The notes: generated from the letters alone by a model not told the origin. Counted from the first letter of the stretch, positions 40,153 to 51,162 are shown. The stretch: 64,000 nucleotides of DNA from Sedimentisphaerales bacterium (GCA_963708075.1 OY970194.1:1824001-1888000); one strand, 5' to 3'. Program-made: numbers and translations.

Positions 40153-41576
40153 CTATCGCAGTTGGCGAAGGATATCCCAGTAGGCGCTCGGGCGCCCCGT
40201 TGGATGGCCTCGACGAGCTCGGTGTTATCGTTGTAGTTGTGATCGGTCGCTTCGGCGCCGGGCTGCTCGGCCATCGGCTCGAAAAACCGCTTGTCGCCGG
40301 CCATGAGATCCTTGACGAGCCTGGCGGGCTCGGGGCCGAGAGCCGGCGAGATGTAGAACGTCGGCCGAAAGAGATCGACCTCGCCCGTGTATTTGCGGCG
40401 CAGGCCCGGATTGTCGATCAAAGACCCCTGCCGTTTCAAGGCATCCACCATGCCTGTGCCGGGATAGATGCGTATGCCGAGGGAGGCGCCGGCGCAGTCG
40501 GGACCGATCTGCTTGACGAAGTTGATCGTCTCGGCAACGGTCTGCGGGGTCTCGCCGGGGCCGCCGAGCAACAGGTCGATCATGACCTTCATGCCGTTCT
40601 CGCGGCACAGGCGGACTGCCGTCGCCAGGTCCTCGCTGCGGTGCGGCTGGCGGTACGTGCTCAGCATCACGCTGCTGGCGGAATCGCCCGTGAAGTTGAT
40701 GCCGACGCAGCCCGCCTTTCGCATGGCGCCGGCAAGGTCCGCGTCGAACGGCGTCACCGCCAAGTATGCGTACCAGCGCACTTTCTCGCCGAGCGAGCGG
40801 CGGATCAGCTCGTCGCAGACCGCCATCGCATGGCTTCGCGGAATGTTGAATTCCGCGTCGCACGTATGCAGCACGTCGATGCCCCGGGCCAGGAGCGACT
40901 CGATCTCATCGGCGATCTCGATGGGTTTTCGCGACCGCGGCACGGGGCCCTTCGCCAGCGGGTCGGCACAGTACAGGCACTGACGATTGCAGCCGCGCTT
41001 CGTCTCGAATCCGCACTGCCCGCCGCGCTCGAAATAGGCGACGTTATCGACCATCTCCCGCCGTGCCGGCAAAGAAAGCTCCGCAGGCCACGCGGGAGCA
41101 TTGCTGTGAATCCGTCCATCCCGGCGCCAGACCAGTCCTTCGACCCGGCTGAAATCGCGTCCGCCCTGCAACTCCCGGTACAGGGAAATCGTCGCCCATT
41201 CGCCGTCGCCGCGAATACCGAAATCCGCGCCGGCGTGCTCGACGATGCGCTCGGCGAACACGGAGAACCCGACGCCGCCGATGACAATCGGTGCGTCGCT
41301 GAGCGTCCGTATCCGTCGCACGAGGTCCGCCAGGTCCGGTACGAACCACTGCGCGCTCGGCCAGAAACAGTCGTCCACGTTGCGAAATGACAAGCCGATG
41401 AGGGCCGGCTCACGAGCGGACAAATGCTCGCGCAGAGCGGCCGCGGGGTCGTCGGCCAGCGCCAAATCCAGGATGCTTACCTCGATGCCCGCGAGGACCG
41501 CCGCCTCGGCTACGTATTCCAGCCCAATCGGCCCAATCGCCGGCACCATCCGATTCGTATTGATCAGCGTCAACAT
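40153..41576 (-). CDS. B12-binding radical SAM protein; apparent frameshift near 40187
   Basis: PIGLEYVA, GLSFRNVDD, TKRGCNRQCLYC, GGPGET. Adding one G gives the C-terminus GARGAYWDILRQLR* ending at 40153. Confidence 0.88.
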
Positions 41577-41786
41577 GAGGCGTATGGTATCGTCGCAGCA
41601 GCCCCAATTCAAGCACGGGGTCAGGGCCGCTCAAGACCCCGATTTCTGTTTATCCCAGGGGATGAATCGGGTACAATGGCTCATAATCGCCGATGATGCC
41701 AGGGGCGGGCACCAGCCCGCATGGAGAGTACGGGTATGGTTCTTTGGGAACCGCCAACATAGACGATTTCCGGGGAGTGGGTCGCC

Positions 41787-42572
41787 ATGCGAACTCGAAA
41801 AGGCTTTACACTCATTGAGCTTCTCGTGGTCATCGCCATTATCGCCCTGCTGATGGGCATCCTGATGCCGGCCCTGATGCGAGCCAAAGAGCATGGCAAA
41901 CGTACGGTCTGCGCCAACAACGTGCGGATCCTGGGGATGGCGAATACCATCTACGCCGATGAATGCGACGGCTGGTATGTCCCGGTCGTACACCGACTGA
42001 CGAGTGAGACTCGGACGTGGCCAGGCAACCAGCTCTTCCGGAGACTGGTGGGATACAAGAACCGGCAAAGCGCGGCGGAGAGCGATTGGCACGCCCCGAA
42101 AGAATTCCTGTGTCCCAGCGATGTGATCTCCCTGAAGCAAATCAAAGACGAGCAGTATGACAATTGGCTCAGCTATGGCTACAACTTCACCGACTGGTAC
42201 TATACCGACTGGTACGCCGCCAAATATGCGGGCCATAAGAACACCACGGTCCCCAACCCGGCCGAAGAGCTCGTATTCACAGAGAGTCACGACTGGTGGG
42301 CCTGGTGGAAGGGCGCCAATTACGTCGACGGGTGGGATGTTCTCGGCCAGGACACCATCATGCCGTACAAGCGGGTCGGCTGTGATGGACCGACACTCTA
42401 TCGGCACGCCGAGGGAGTCAATCTCGCTTTCTACGATGGTCATATCCAGTACATGAAGAAAGAGAGGGTGTACAGCATGAAGGACTACCAGGACGGCAAG
42501 CCCGGCATGTGGTCCACCTTCCGCCATTGGCCGCCGACAGACGCCGAGCAGAAGCGCTTGCCAAGACCGTAA
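41787..42572 (+). CDS. Prepilin-type N-terminal cleavage/methylation protein with H-X9-DG C-terminal motif
   Basis: [40 protein letters not shown]. Confidence 0.92.
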   Translation: MRTRKGFTLIELLVVIAIIALLMGILMPALMRAKEHGKRTVCANNVRILGMANTIYADECDGWYVPVVHRLTSETRTWPGNQLFRRLVGYKNRQSAAESDWHAPKEFLCPSDVISLKQIKDEQYDNWLSYGYNFTDWYYTDWYAAKYAGHKNTTVPNPAEELVFTESHDWWAWWKGANYVDGWDVLGQDTIMPYKRVGCDGPTLYRHAEGVNLAFYDGHIQYMKKERVYSMKDYQDGKPGMWSTFRHWPPTDAEQKRLPRP

Positions 42573-42792
42573 CGACCACTGCCTTCCACGCTCAAGCACA
42601 GCATTTCGGATGAACGAAGCTCCTCGCAAGCCGTGATGTATAAGGAATTTCCTTACAGACCATCTGGCAAATCCTTTGTGTATTGATACTATGGTTGGAT
42701 TGCATGAGAGGAACACCCATTTTAGCCTCGTCAGGGGGCAAGACGCGCGTGCAAATGATCGCCAGCAACGTATGCACAAGTGAGGTCGGACA

Positions 42793-44553
42793 ATGGCCAG
42801 TAACGAGCGGAATGCAAAAAGAGTGAAGGCGGCAACCATCAACAACGACAATGAGTCTCACTTTTCGGAAGAACTCATTGAAGACAGGACCTTCCTGTTG
42901 GCGTCGATCGTGGAGTCGTCCGATGATGCCATCATCACGAAAACTTCCAAGGGGATCATCACGTCCTGGAACAGCGGCGCGGAGAAGATCTACGGGTTCG
43001 CCGCCAGGGAGGCCATCGGCAAGCCGATCTCCATTCTGACCCCTCGGGGCTATACCGATGAGGTGCCGGGAATCCTGGAACGCATTCAACAGGGAGAGAG
43101 CATCCGCCACTACGAGACTGTGCGCCGGAGGAAAGACGGCCAGATCATCAATGTGTCCGTGAGTATTTCGCCGGTGAAGGACAAGGACGGGCGGATCATC
43201 GGCGCCTCCACGATCGCACGGGATATCACGGCCGACGTTGAAGATCGGAAGCAGTCGGCCGCCAAGCTCGGCGCCGCCTCGGAGAGGCTGTTTCTTTTGG
43301 CTTCGATCGTGGAATACTCGGACGACGCCATCATCACCAAGACCTCCAAAGGCGTCATCACATCCTGGAACAGCGGCGCGGAGAGGATTTACGGCTATTC
43401 CGCGAAAGAGGTGCTCGAACAGCCGATTTCCATCCTGATTCCTCCAGGCCAGAGCGACGAGGTGCCTGCTCTTCTGGAACGGATCGAACGGGGCGAGAGA
43501 ATCCGCCATTATGAGACCGTCCGAAGGCGCAAGGACGGTCGCCTCATTCACGTCTCACAGAGCATCTCGCCCATCAAGGATAAAGAGGGCCGGCTCATCG
43601 GCGCCTCCACGATCGCGCGGGATATCACGGCGGAAGTTGCAGCTCGAAAGGAGTCGGAAGAGAAGCTGGCGGCTGCCTCGCAATACGCCCGTAGCCTGAT
43701 CGAATCGTCACTCGACCCGCTGGTGACAATCAGCGCCGATGGGAAGATCACCGACGTCAATGAGGCTACGATCAAGGTCACCGGCGTCTCGCGTGAGCAA
43801 CTGATCGGCACGGACTTTTCCAACTATTTCACGGAGCCGGCCAAGGCCCGGGAGGGGTACCAGCAGGTCTTTGCCAAGGGCTTCGTCACCGACTATCCGC
43901 TGACGATTCGCCACCAGGACGGTCGGTTGACGGACGTGCTCTACAACGCCAGCGTTTACAAGGACACCAACGGCAACGTGCTGGGTGTCTTCGCCGCCGC
44001 ACGGGACGTGACGGTCCAGAAACAGGCTTCTCAGTACGCCCGGAGCCTGATCGAGTCCTCGCTTGACCCCCTGGTGACAATCAGCCCCGACGGCAAGATC
44101 ACCGACGTCAATGAGGCCACGATCCGGGTGACCGGCGTGCCCCGTGAGCAACTGATCGGCGCCGATTTTTCCAACTATTTCACGGAGCCGGAAAAGGCCC
44201 GCGAAGGCTACCAGCAGGTCTTTGCCAAGGGCTTCGTCACCGACTATCCGCTGACGATTCGCCACAAGGACGGCCGGCTCACGGACGTGCTGTACAACGC
44301 CAGCGTCTACAAGGACACTCTTGGCAACGTGCTCGGCGTCTTCGCCGCCGCCCGCGATGTGACGGCCAGAAAAAGGATCGAGGAGGAACTGGCCGAGCAG
44401 CGCCGAAGGGAATTGGACCGCCTGGCAGAGCTGGAGAAATTCCAGAAATTGACAGTAGGCCGGGAGCTCAAGATGGTGGAATTGAAAAAGGAGATCGAGG
44501 AACTCAGAAAGAGCAATGAGGACTTTCGAAAGAGGCTGGGCCAGGGCGCATGA
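42793..44553 (+). CDS. Four-PAS sensor protein with C-terminal coiled coil and no kinase domain
   Basis: Two SIVE.SDDAII PAS domains, two ARSLIESSLDPL PAS domains; ends VGRELKMVELKKEIEEL. Confidence 0.9.
   Translation: MASNERNAKRVKAATINNDNESHFSEELIEDRTFLLASIVESSDDAIITKTSKGIITSWNSGAEKIYGFAAREAIGKPISILTPRGYTDEVPGILERIQQGESIRHYETVRRRKDGQIINVSVSISPVKDKDGRIIGASTIARDITADVEDRKQSAAKLGAASERLFLLASIVEYSDDAIITKTSKGVITSWNSGAERIYGYSAKEVLEQPISILIPPGQSDEVPALLERIERGERIRHYETVRRRKDGRLIHVSQSISPIKDKEGRLIGASTIARDITAEVAARKESEEKLAAASQYARSLIESSLDPLVTISADGKITDVNEATIKVTGVSREQLIGTDFSNYFTEPAKAREGYQQVFAKGFVTDYPLTIRHQDGRLTDVLYNASVYKDTNGNVLGVFAAARDVTVQKQASQYARSLIESSLDPLVTISPDGKITDVNEATIRVTGVPREQLIGADFSNYFTEPEKAREGYQQVFAKGFVTDYPLTIRHKDGRLTDVLYNASVYKDTLGNVLGVFAAARDVTARKRIEEELAEQRRRELDRLAELEKFQKLTVGRELKMVELKKEIEELRKSNEDFRKRLGQGA
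43681..44365 (+). repeat. Near-identical tandem duplication of a PAS-coding unit (about 351 bp)
   Basis: Units start near 43681 and 44032 and share long identical DNA stretches. Confidence 0.85.
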
Positions 44554-45581
44554 TCATGGCGGACGAAACACAGACAATCACCGAATCGGCAAACTTGCGA
44601 GAACGTCTTGCAGCTCTGGAAGAGACGCAGCGAGCGACTCTGAATATCCTGGAAGATTTCGATGACGAGAAGGCGAAGCTCCAGCGGCTCCAGCAGGCCA
44701 CGATGAATCTCCTGGAGGATTTCGATGACGAGCGCCGGAATCTCCAGCGGGTGCAGAAGGCGACCCTGAATCTTCTCGAGGACATGAACGAGGAGCGGGC
44801 CAAATTGAGCGAGACGCAACGTGCCCTGATGAATATCCTGGAAGACGTGGAGGTGGAGCGGGCCCGGGCCGAGCAAGCCAGGGCGCTCCTGGAGGCCGTC
44901 AACCGGGAACTGGAGGCGTTCTCCTACTCGGTTTCGCACGACCTGCGGGCGCCGTTGCGTGCGATCAGTGGGTTCGCCCAGGCGGTGGTGGAGGACTACG
45001 CGCCGCGACTCGATGACGAAGGCAAGCGGTTTCTCGGGCTCATCCAGGACAATGCCCACAGGATGGGCCAGCTCATCGACGACCTGCTGACCTTCTCGCG
45101 GCTTGGCCGCCAACAGCTCGTGCAGACGCAGATCGACATGGAGATCCTGACGACCTCCGCGTTCGAGGAGCTGGCTGCCCAAGCCCCGGACCGCAAGATC
45201 AAGCTCGTGATTTGCCCCGCCCCGCCCGCTCTTGGGGACAAAGCGATGATCCGCCAGGTACTGATGAATCTGCTGTCCAACGCGATCAAGTTCACCAGGC
45301 TCCGACAAGAAGCGGTCATCGAGTTCGGCTATCTGCCGGAGCAAGATCAGGGTGCTTACTACGTGAAGGATAACGGGGTCGGGTTCGACATGCAGTATGT
45401 CGCCAAGCTCTTCGGCGTCTTTCAGAGGCTGCACTCCGTGACGGAATTCGAAGGCACGGGCGTGGGCCTGGCGATCGTCTTTCGGATCGTCACACGCCAT
45501 GGGGGACGGGTATGGGCGGAGGGGGAAGTGGACAAGGGGGCGACCTTTTATTTTACCCTCCCGAAAGGAGACGTATCATGA
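44550..45581 (+). CDS. Histidine kinase (HisKA-HATPase) with N-terminal 21-aa repeats
   Basis: FSYSVSHDLRAPLR, NLLSNAIKF, DNGVGF, FQRLH, GTGVGLA; ATGA overlap with the PAS gene. Confidence 0.95.
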   Translation: MIMADETQTITESANLRERLAALEETQRATLNILEDFDDEKAKLQRLQQATMNLLEDFDDERRNLQRVQKATLNLLEDMNEERAKLSETQRALMNILEDVEVERARAEQARALLEAVNRELEAFSYSVSHDLRAPLRAISGFAQAVVEDYAPRLDDEGKRFLGLIQDNAHRMGQLIDDLLTFSRLGRQQLVQTQIDMEILTTSAFEELAAQAPDRKIKLVICPAPPALGDKAMIRQVLMNLLSNAIKFTRLRQEAVIEFGYLPEQDQGAYYVKDNGVGFDMQYVAKLFGVFQRLHSVTEFEGTGVGLAIVFRIVTRHGGRVWAEGEVDKGATFYFTLPKGDVS

Positions 45582-46033
45582 ACGATGAGAAAGTGGATAT
45601 CGTCATTGTGGAGGACGATCCGAGCGATGCGGAACTCATCGCACGGGTCTTCCGCAAGCACAATATGATCAACAATATCGTCGTCTTGAAGGACGGCGCG
45701 GAGGCATTGGATTTCTTCTTCGGGAGAAAGGCCAACGATCACTGCAAGGTCGTCTTACTGGATTTGAAACTCCCCAAGGTCAACGGCATCGAAGTCCTGC
45801 AGCGGCTCAAATCGGACGAGCGAACGAAGGACATCCCGGTGGTGGTCCTGACCTCTTCTGCCGAAAACCAGGATATCAAAGACGCCTACAAATACGGCGT
45901 CAACAGCTATGTGACCAAGCCCATTCGATTCGAGGAGTTTGCCAACGCCGTGACGGAACTGAGGCTCTACTGGTTGCTGCTGAACAAACCTTGCGAAGGA
46001 CAAGTCCCCGCCAACGCGAAGGAGGGCCTTTGA
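45578..46033 (+). CDS. Single-domain response regulator (Rcp1-like)
   Basis: IVEDD, LLDLKLPKVNG, VLTSS, YVTKP. Confidence 0.92.
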   Translation: MNDEKVDIVIVEDDPSDAELIARVFRKHNMINNIVVLKDGAEALDFFFGRKANDHCKVVLLDLKLPKVNGIEVLQRLKSDERTKDIPVVVLTSSAENQDIKDAYKYGVNSYVTKPIRFEEFANAVTELRLYWLLLNKPCEGQVPANAKEGL

Positions 46034-46071
46034 CGATGGCGGACAGGCACATCCATAACGAAGAACTAGCG

Positions 46072-46509
46072 ATGAGCAAGGTCGAGATTGTCATCGTGGA
46101 AGACAATCCGAACGACGCGGAACTGATTCTGCGCGTCTTTCGCAAGCACAACATGGCCAATCAGGTCATCCTTTTGAAAGACGGCGCCGAGGCTCTGGAT
46201 TTCTTCTTTCCGCCGGAAGGCCCTGCGCCCGGTGTCGCCAACGGTGTCCTCAGGGTCATCCTGTTGGATTTGAAGCTGCCCAAAGTCGACGGAATCGAAA
46301 TCCTGCGCCGGCTCAAGGCGAATGAGCGGACCCGGAGTATTCCCGTGGTCGTCTTGACCTCCTCCACGGAGCAGCGGGACCTCAAGGACGCGTACGACCT
46401 GGGCGTCAACAGCTATGTGGCCAAACCCATCAAGTTCGACGAATTTGCCAAAGCCGTAGCGGACCTGGGGTTGTACTGGCTGATGCTGAATAAGCTGCCG
46501 GCTCGGTAG
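46072..46509 (+). CDS. Single-domain response regulator (Rcp1-like), paralogue
   Basis: IVEDN, LLDLKLPKVDG, VLTSS, YVAKP; alternative start 46036. Confidence 0.92.
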   Translation: MSKVEIVIVEDNPNDAELILRVFRKHNMANQVILLKDGAEALDFFFPPEGPAPGVANGVLRVILLDLKLPKVDGIEILRRLKANERTRSIPVVVLTSSTEQRDLKDAYDLGVNSYVAKPIKFDEFAKAVADLGLYWLMLNKLPAR

Positions 46510-46538
46510 GGTTATCGCTGCAACCTGTGAGTGTTCTC

Positions 46539-48577
46539 ATGGATAAATCAATGCATATCTTGATCCTGGAAGACAATGCGGCAGACGCGGAGTTGATGAA
46601 GCGTGAGCTGCGCAAGGCCGGTCTTGATTTCACGGCTCAGTGGGCCCAGGACAAAGGAGCTTTCCTTGCGGCCCTGGAGACCTCAACTCCGGATCTCATC
46701 CTGGCGGACTATTCCTTGCCGGGATTCGACGGGTTGACCGCTCTGACGTTTGCGAGGCAACGATGGGAACATGTTCCGGTGATCATCGTTTCCGGGGCGA
46801 TCGGCGAGGAGGTGGCCATTGAGAACCCTCAAGGCCGGAGCGACCGACTACGTCCTGAAACAGCGGCTGAGCCGGCTCGGCCCCGTGGTCCGCCGGGCCC
46901 TGCAGGAGGCCAACCAGGTAATAGAGCGAAAACAGGCCGAGGCGGCCCTGCGCGACCGGGAAAAAGAACTGCGTCTGATTATGAACGCGGGGCCGACCCT
47001 GATCGCTTACATCGATGCCGACTGCCGGTATCGCTGGGTCAACGAGAACCTACGAGTTGTGGTTCGGTCTTGCGGCCGAGGAGGTCCGGGGTCGGCACGT
47101 GCGCGACATCCTGGGCGAGCCGGCTTGGCAGGTCGTCAGGCCGTACGTGGAAAGAGCGTTGGCAGGAGAGTTGGTCACTTATGAGCAGCAGGTGCCTCTT
47201 CAGAAGGCCTGCACGCGCTGGCTGCATGCAACGTACACACCCGACGCCGACGACTCGGGGCGCATCCAGGGATTCGTCGTGCACAGCGTCGATGTTACCG
47301 AGCGCAGACAAGCCGAGGATGCGCTACGCGAGACGCACCAGCGATTGCAGTTGCAGGCCGAGGAATTGGCGGCCGCCAATGAAGGGCTGCGGGTAAGTCA
47401 ACAGACCCTCCAGGAACTGACAAGGACGCTGGAGACGAAGGTGACCCAGCGGACGGCGGAGCTGGAGTATCGTGCCAGGCAGTTGCAGAAGCTGGCGCTG
47501 GAGCTATCCGAGGCGGAAGACCGCGAGCGCAGGCGTCTGGCGGAGATTCTGCACGACGACCTGCAACAAATCCTGGCGGCGGCGAAGTTCCATTTGAACT
47601 CAGTGAGGAACCGGGTCAAGTACGATCCATCGCTGCAGGCCACAGCCGCCCAGATCGACCACATGCTCAAGGACGCCATCGACAAATCGCGTGGCCTGTC
47701 CCACGAGCTGAGCCCGGCCGTGCTGCATCACGGCGATTTCAGTGAGACCCTCGAATGGCTGGCCGGCCAGATCCGAGCCAAGCATGGCTTGCTTGTCCAC
47801 GTCGATGCGGCCGACAAGATCGACCTGCAATCCGATGCGCTCAAGACCTTTCTGTACAAGGCGGCCCAGGAACTGCTGTTCAACGTGGTCAAGCATGCCC
47901 GGGCCAGCGAGGCCAGAATCCGTGTACGCCGGTGGGGTCGATGCATTTGCCTGGTGATCTCCGATCGTGGCCGCGGCTTTGACCCGCAAAAGCTTGGGGA
48001 AACCGCCGGGTTCGGACTGTTCAGCATCCGCGAGCGCGTCGAATTGCTTGGCGGCCGGATGAAGATCAAGAGTGCCGAAGGCAAAGGAAGCACATTCCAC
48101 ATCGTCGTGCCCAATGGCGATCTCTCCAAGAAGAATATCACAGGAAAGCAGGAGCCGGATGGTCATGTGAAGGAATCCTGGCACACGCAACGGAAGGGCC
48201 AGCGCCGCTTGCGGGTGCTACTAGCGGACGATCACGAGATCGTGCGGGAGGGCCTGGTTTGCCTGTTAGGCGAAGAGCACACCATCGAGGTTGTTGGCAA
48301 GGCGGCCAACGGCCGCGAGGCGGTGGACCTGGCTGGCCGGCTGCAACCGGACGTGGTGATCATGGACGTGGCCATGCCCCTGATCGACGGTGCCGAGGCC
48401 ACACGGCAAATCAAACAGCATCTGCCGAACACACGGATCATCGCGCTTTCCATGCTGGAGGACCCTGACACGGTCGAGAGAATGTACGCGGCCGGCGCGG
48501 AAGCCTATGTACTCAAGACGGTGCCCTCCGAAGAGCTTCTCGCCGCTATCCAAGGCCGCCAGACCATGGCAACCTGA
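46539..48577 (+). CDS. Hybrid kinase REC-PAS-HisKA_3-HATPase-REC; two +1 frameshifts (near 46824 and 47047)
   Basis: LADYSLPGFDG (REC), PAS, ERRRLAEILHDDL, QELLFNVVKHA, LADDH...MDVAMP (REC); three ORFs join after removing one base at each junction. Confidence 0.85.
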
Positions 48578-48597
48578 CACGAAGGCCTTCGACGGTC

Positions 48598-49605
48598 TCA
48601 ATCACTTGTCGTGCCGGCGGCCTCTTCCTGCTCTCTGGCTTTGGCCTTTTTCTCGGCGAAAATGGAAAGAACGATGCCAAGCTCGTAGAGAGCATACAGA
48701 GGCACGAGCAGCGCGAGCATAGTGAACGGATCCGGCGACGGCGTGGCCACAGCAGACAGGAACGCCAGGCCGAGGACCACGTATTTGCGGTGGCGGCGAA
48801 GCGTGGCGATGGAAACCAGACCCGTGCGGACCAGGACGAAAACAGCGATCGGGGTCTGGAATGCGAGGCCGAAGACCAGCATCATAAGCGTGATGAAGGA
48901 CACGTACTTCTGCAGAGTCCAGTTGCTCGCGACGCCGACCATGTCGCCAAAGCCCATGAAGAAGCCCAGCGTTACGCGGGCGATGTAGAAGAGAAAGAAC
49001 AACGCGCCTGCGACGAACAGAGCGGTAGAGAAGGGAATGGCCGTGCGGACGTACTTTCGCTCGCTCTCGTACAGGCCGGCGGCCACAAACATCCAGATCT
49101 GGTAGAACACCCAGGGGGACGTGAGGATCAGGCCTGCGATCAGGGAAACCTTCATATACGCGATGAAGGCGTCCGCGGGTCCCAGGGCGACCAGCCAATA
49201 CTGCCGGGGCAGCGCACGTTTCCCTGTCCCCTGCGTCTTCTCCACCCAGTCGCTTGCCGTCTTCTTCGACACACCCTCGATAAAGGCGACCCGCTTAGGA
49301 TCTATTTCAGGCGCATTGGGGTCTGCGGCCAGGCGCTGCGTGAGGTTCGCGAAGAACAGATCGACGAATGCCTCCACCTCGGACTTCACTCGCGGTCTCT
49401 CCTTCTCCGCAAGCCACTTGTTCATCGTCCAGTAATAAGGATACTCGATGAACTTGAGGATCTGCGTGCCGAAGACCAGACTGGCAACAGTTCCGAGGAG
49501 CAGGCCGAGAACGGCCAGGATCAAGCGGCCGCGGAGTTCATCCAGATGGTCGCCCAGACTCATCGTACAATCGATGGGGTTACGGCTCTTTCTGTTCTCA
49601 GCCAT
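48598..49605 (-). CDS. tatC: Twin-arginine translocase TatC (with an enlarged first periplasmic loop)
   Basis: MSLGDHLDELR, YQIWMFVAAGLY, FGLAFQTP, TPSPDP, LYELG. Confidence 0.95.
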   Translation of the reverse strand: MAENRKSRNPIDCTMSLGDHLDELRGRLILAVLGLLLGTVASLVFGTQILKFIEYPYYWTMNKWLAEKERPRVKSEVEAFVDLFFANLTQRLAADPNAPEIDPKRVAFIEGVSKKTASDWVEKTQGTGKRALPRQYWLVALGPADAFIAYMKVSLIAGLILTSPWVFYQIWMFVAAGLYESERKYVRTAIPFSTALFVAGALFFLFYIARVTLGFFMGFGDMVGVASNWTLQKYVSFITLMMLVFGLAFQTPIAVFVLVRTGLVSIATLRRHRKYVVLGLAFLSAVATPSPDPFTMLALLVPLYALYELGIVLSIFAEKKAKAREQEEAAGTTSD

Positions 49606-49645
49606 TGTGGTGGACGAAATGAAATGAGGTTGGCCGGTGAAACGG

Positions 49646-49912
49646 TCAGTTCGTGTCGTTCACGCCGGAAGCCCGCTTGGCATCGTTCACGACGTCGGTC
49701 TTGATCTGCTTGACGTCGTCCACCACCTCATCGGTGGATTCCTTCGCCTCGTTGATGCCCTTCTTGAATTCCGTCAGGCTCCTGCCCACGCTGCGCGCGA
49801 GCTCCGGCAGCCGCTTGCCGAAGATCAACAGTGCGATCACGAGAATGACCAGCCATTCCGTATGTCCGGGCATGCTCAGAAACGCCAGTGCGTGCTGTGT
49901 CGATCCAACCAT
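49646..49912 (-). CDS. tatA: Twin-arginine translocase TatA
   Basis: [34 protein letters not shown]. Confidence 0.95.
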   Translation of the reverse strand: MVGSTQHALAFLSMPGHTEWLVILVIALLIFGKRLPELARSVGRSLTEFKKGINEAKESTDEVVDDVKQIKTDVVNDAKRASGVNDTN

Positions 49913-50616
49913 TGTGTTCTCCTTTGAGGCCGTCGCGTCTGAAACGCTAGTGTACTCAATCCTTGGGTTCTACCGGGATTCTTAACTGTGTCCCCCGCTG
50001 CGTAGCGCCTACACGACGCCCTGACAACGCCAAACGAACACGGCTTCAGTGTAGTCATCCCCGGGCCGTGCGTCAAATGAAAATACTACGACTGCCGATT
50101 CGCGCGGGTGCGGAATGGCCCGTTTGCGCCCGGTAAAAGGGCCTCCGATCACCCTGAGAAGCCACCAGCCGTGGTGATTTTGGCATGTTCTTCCACACAC
50201 GCCATGTTCCGTAACTTAAGGTGCTACAATGACTTATGCCTGCCACACAGGATTTTTCTTGCATCGCCGGCCGCTTTTTGCGATAATACACGCGTCGTTA
50301 GAAGTAATAGAATCACTGGGGGGTAGAAACGAATATGGCAAGATTCTACTATAGTACGTGGGTGCCGTTCATATCGCCCAAGAGGAGAATCCTGATCCTG
50401 GCGATCGCCAGCTATCTGGCGCTGTGCTAAGCCTGCGGATGATCCAGCCCCTCACCCGAAATAGCTGCACGGCGCGACCCGCTCCATGCCTGAAGCATGC
50501 GTTTGCAGGCACATTCTTTCCTGCCCTGCGCACGCCCACGGCCGCACGAGGGTTCCCTCCAATCGTTGCTTTGGTATAATCCCCTTCTTTCCAGGATCGA
50601 CCTGTAAGAGGTTCTC

Positions 50617-51162
50617 GTGCCGATTACTCCGTACCATTTCGGCCCCAGCGGCTTCATCGGCCTTCTCCTGAGGAGATGGCTCGATTTGCCCGTCTTCGTG
50701 CTCGCCAACGTGGTAGTCGACATTGAAGTCGCCGCCATCGTCTTATTCCGACTTGGCTATCCGGCCCACCGTTACGCCCATACACTGCTCGGCGGCGCTG
50801 TCGTCGGCATCCTCTGGGGCGTGCTCGCATGGTCGTTGCGGCCCCTGCTCGGCAGACTGATGCGCACGGTCCACCTGCCCTATCAGACCAGTCTTCCCAA
50901 AATGATCCTCTCCGGTGTCCTCGGCGTCTGGCTGCACGTTATCATCGACGCGACGTACCATCCTAACGTCAGACTCGCCTGGCCGATGGATGCCCCGGGC
51001 CTCTGGACGGTCACTTCGCGCTACCTGCCGAGAGATCGTGTCGAGGACATCTGCGTCCTTTTCTTCGTCGCCGGCGTCGTCCTCTACATGGTCCTAATGG
51101 CTATCCAGCGCCGCCGCAACGGGAGCGTGCAAACACAGACGGACCGGACCAAGCAGGCCTGA
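50617..51162 (+). CDS. Membrane protein, DUF4184/membrane metal-dependent hydrolase-like
   Basis: PITPYH, VVVDIE, HRYAHT, LHVIID; several TM helices. Confidence 0.7.
   Translation: MPITPYHFGPSGFIGLLLRRWLDLPVFVLANVVVDIEVAAIVLFRLGYPAHRYAHTLLGGAVVGILWGVLAWSLRPLLGRLMRTVHLPYQTSLPKMILSGVLGVWLHVIIDATYHPNVRLAWPMDAPGLWTVTSRYLPRDRVEDICVLFFVAGVVLYMVLMAIQRRRNGSVQTQTDRTKQA

Noticed and set aside
42575..42790. AT-richer intergenic stretch as an ncRNA
   Set aside because: No convincing stems; probably the promoter region of the PAS operon.
44628..44880. 63-bp periodicity as a CRISPR or non-coding array
   Set aside because: The units are degenerate, in frame and conserved at protein level within the kinase.
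51094..51162. 69-bp convergent overlap of GH106 and the membrane protein as a regulatory feature
   Set aside because: Both tails are short non-conserved extensions; likely incidental.
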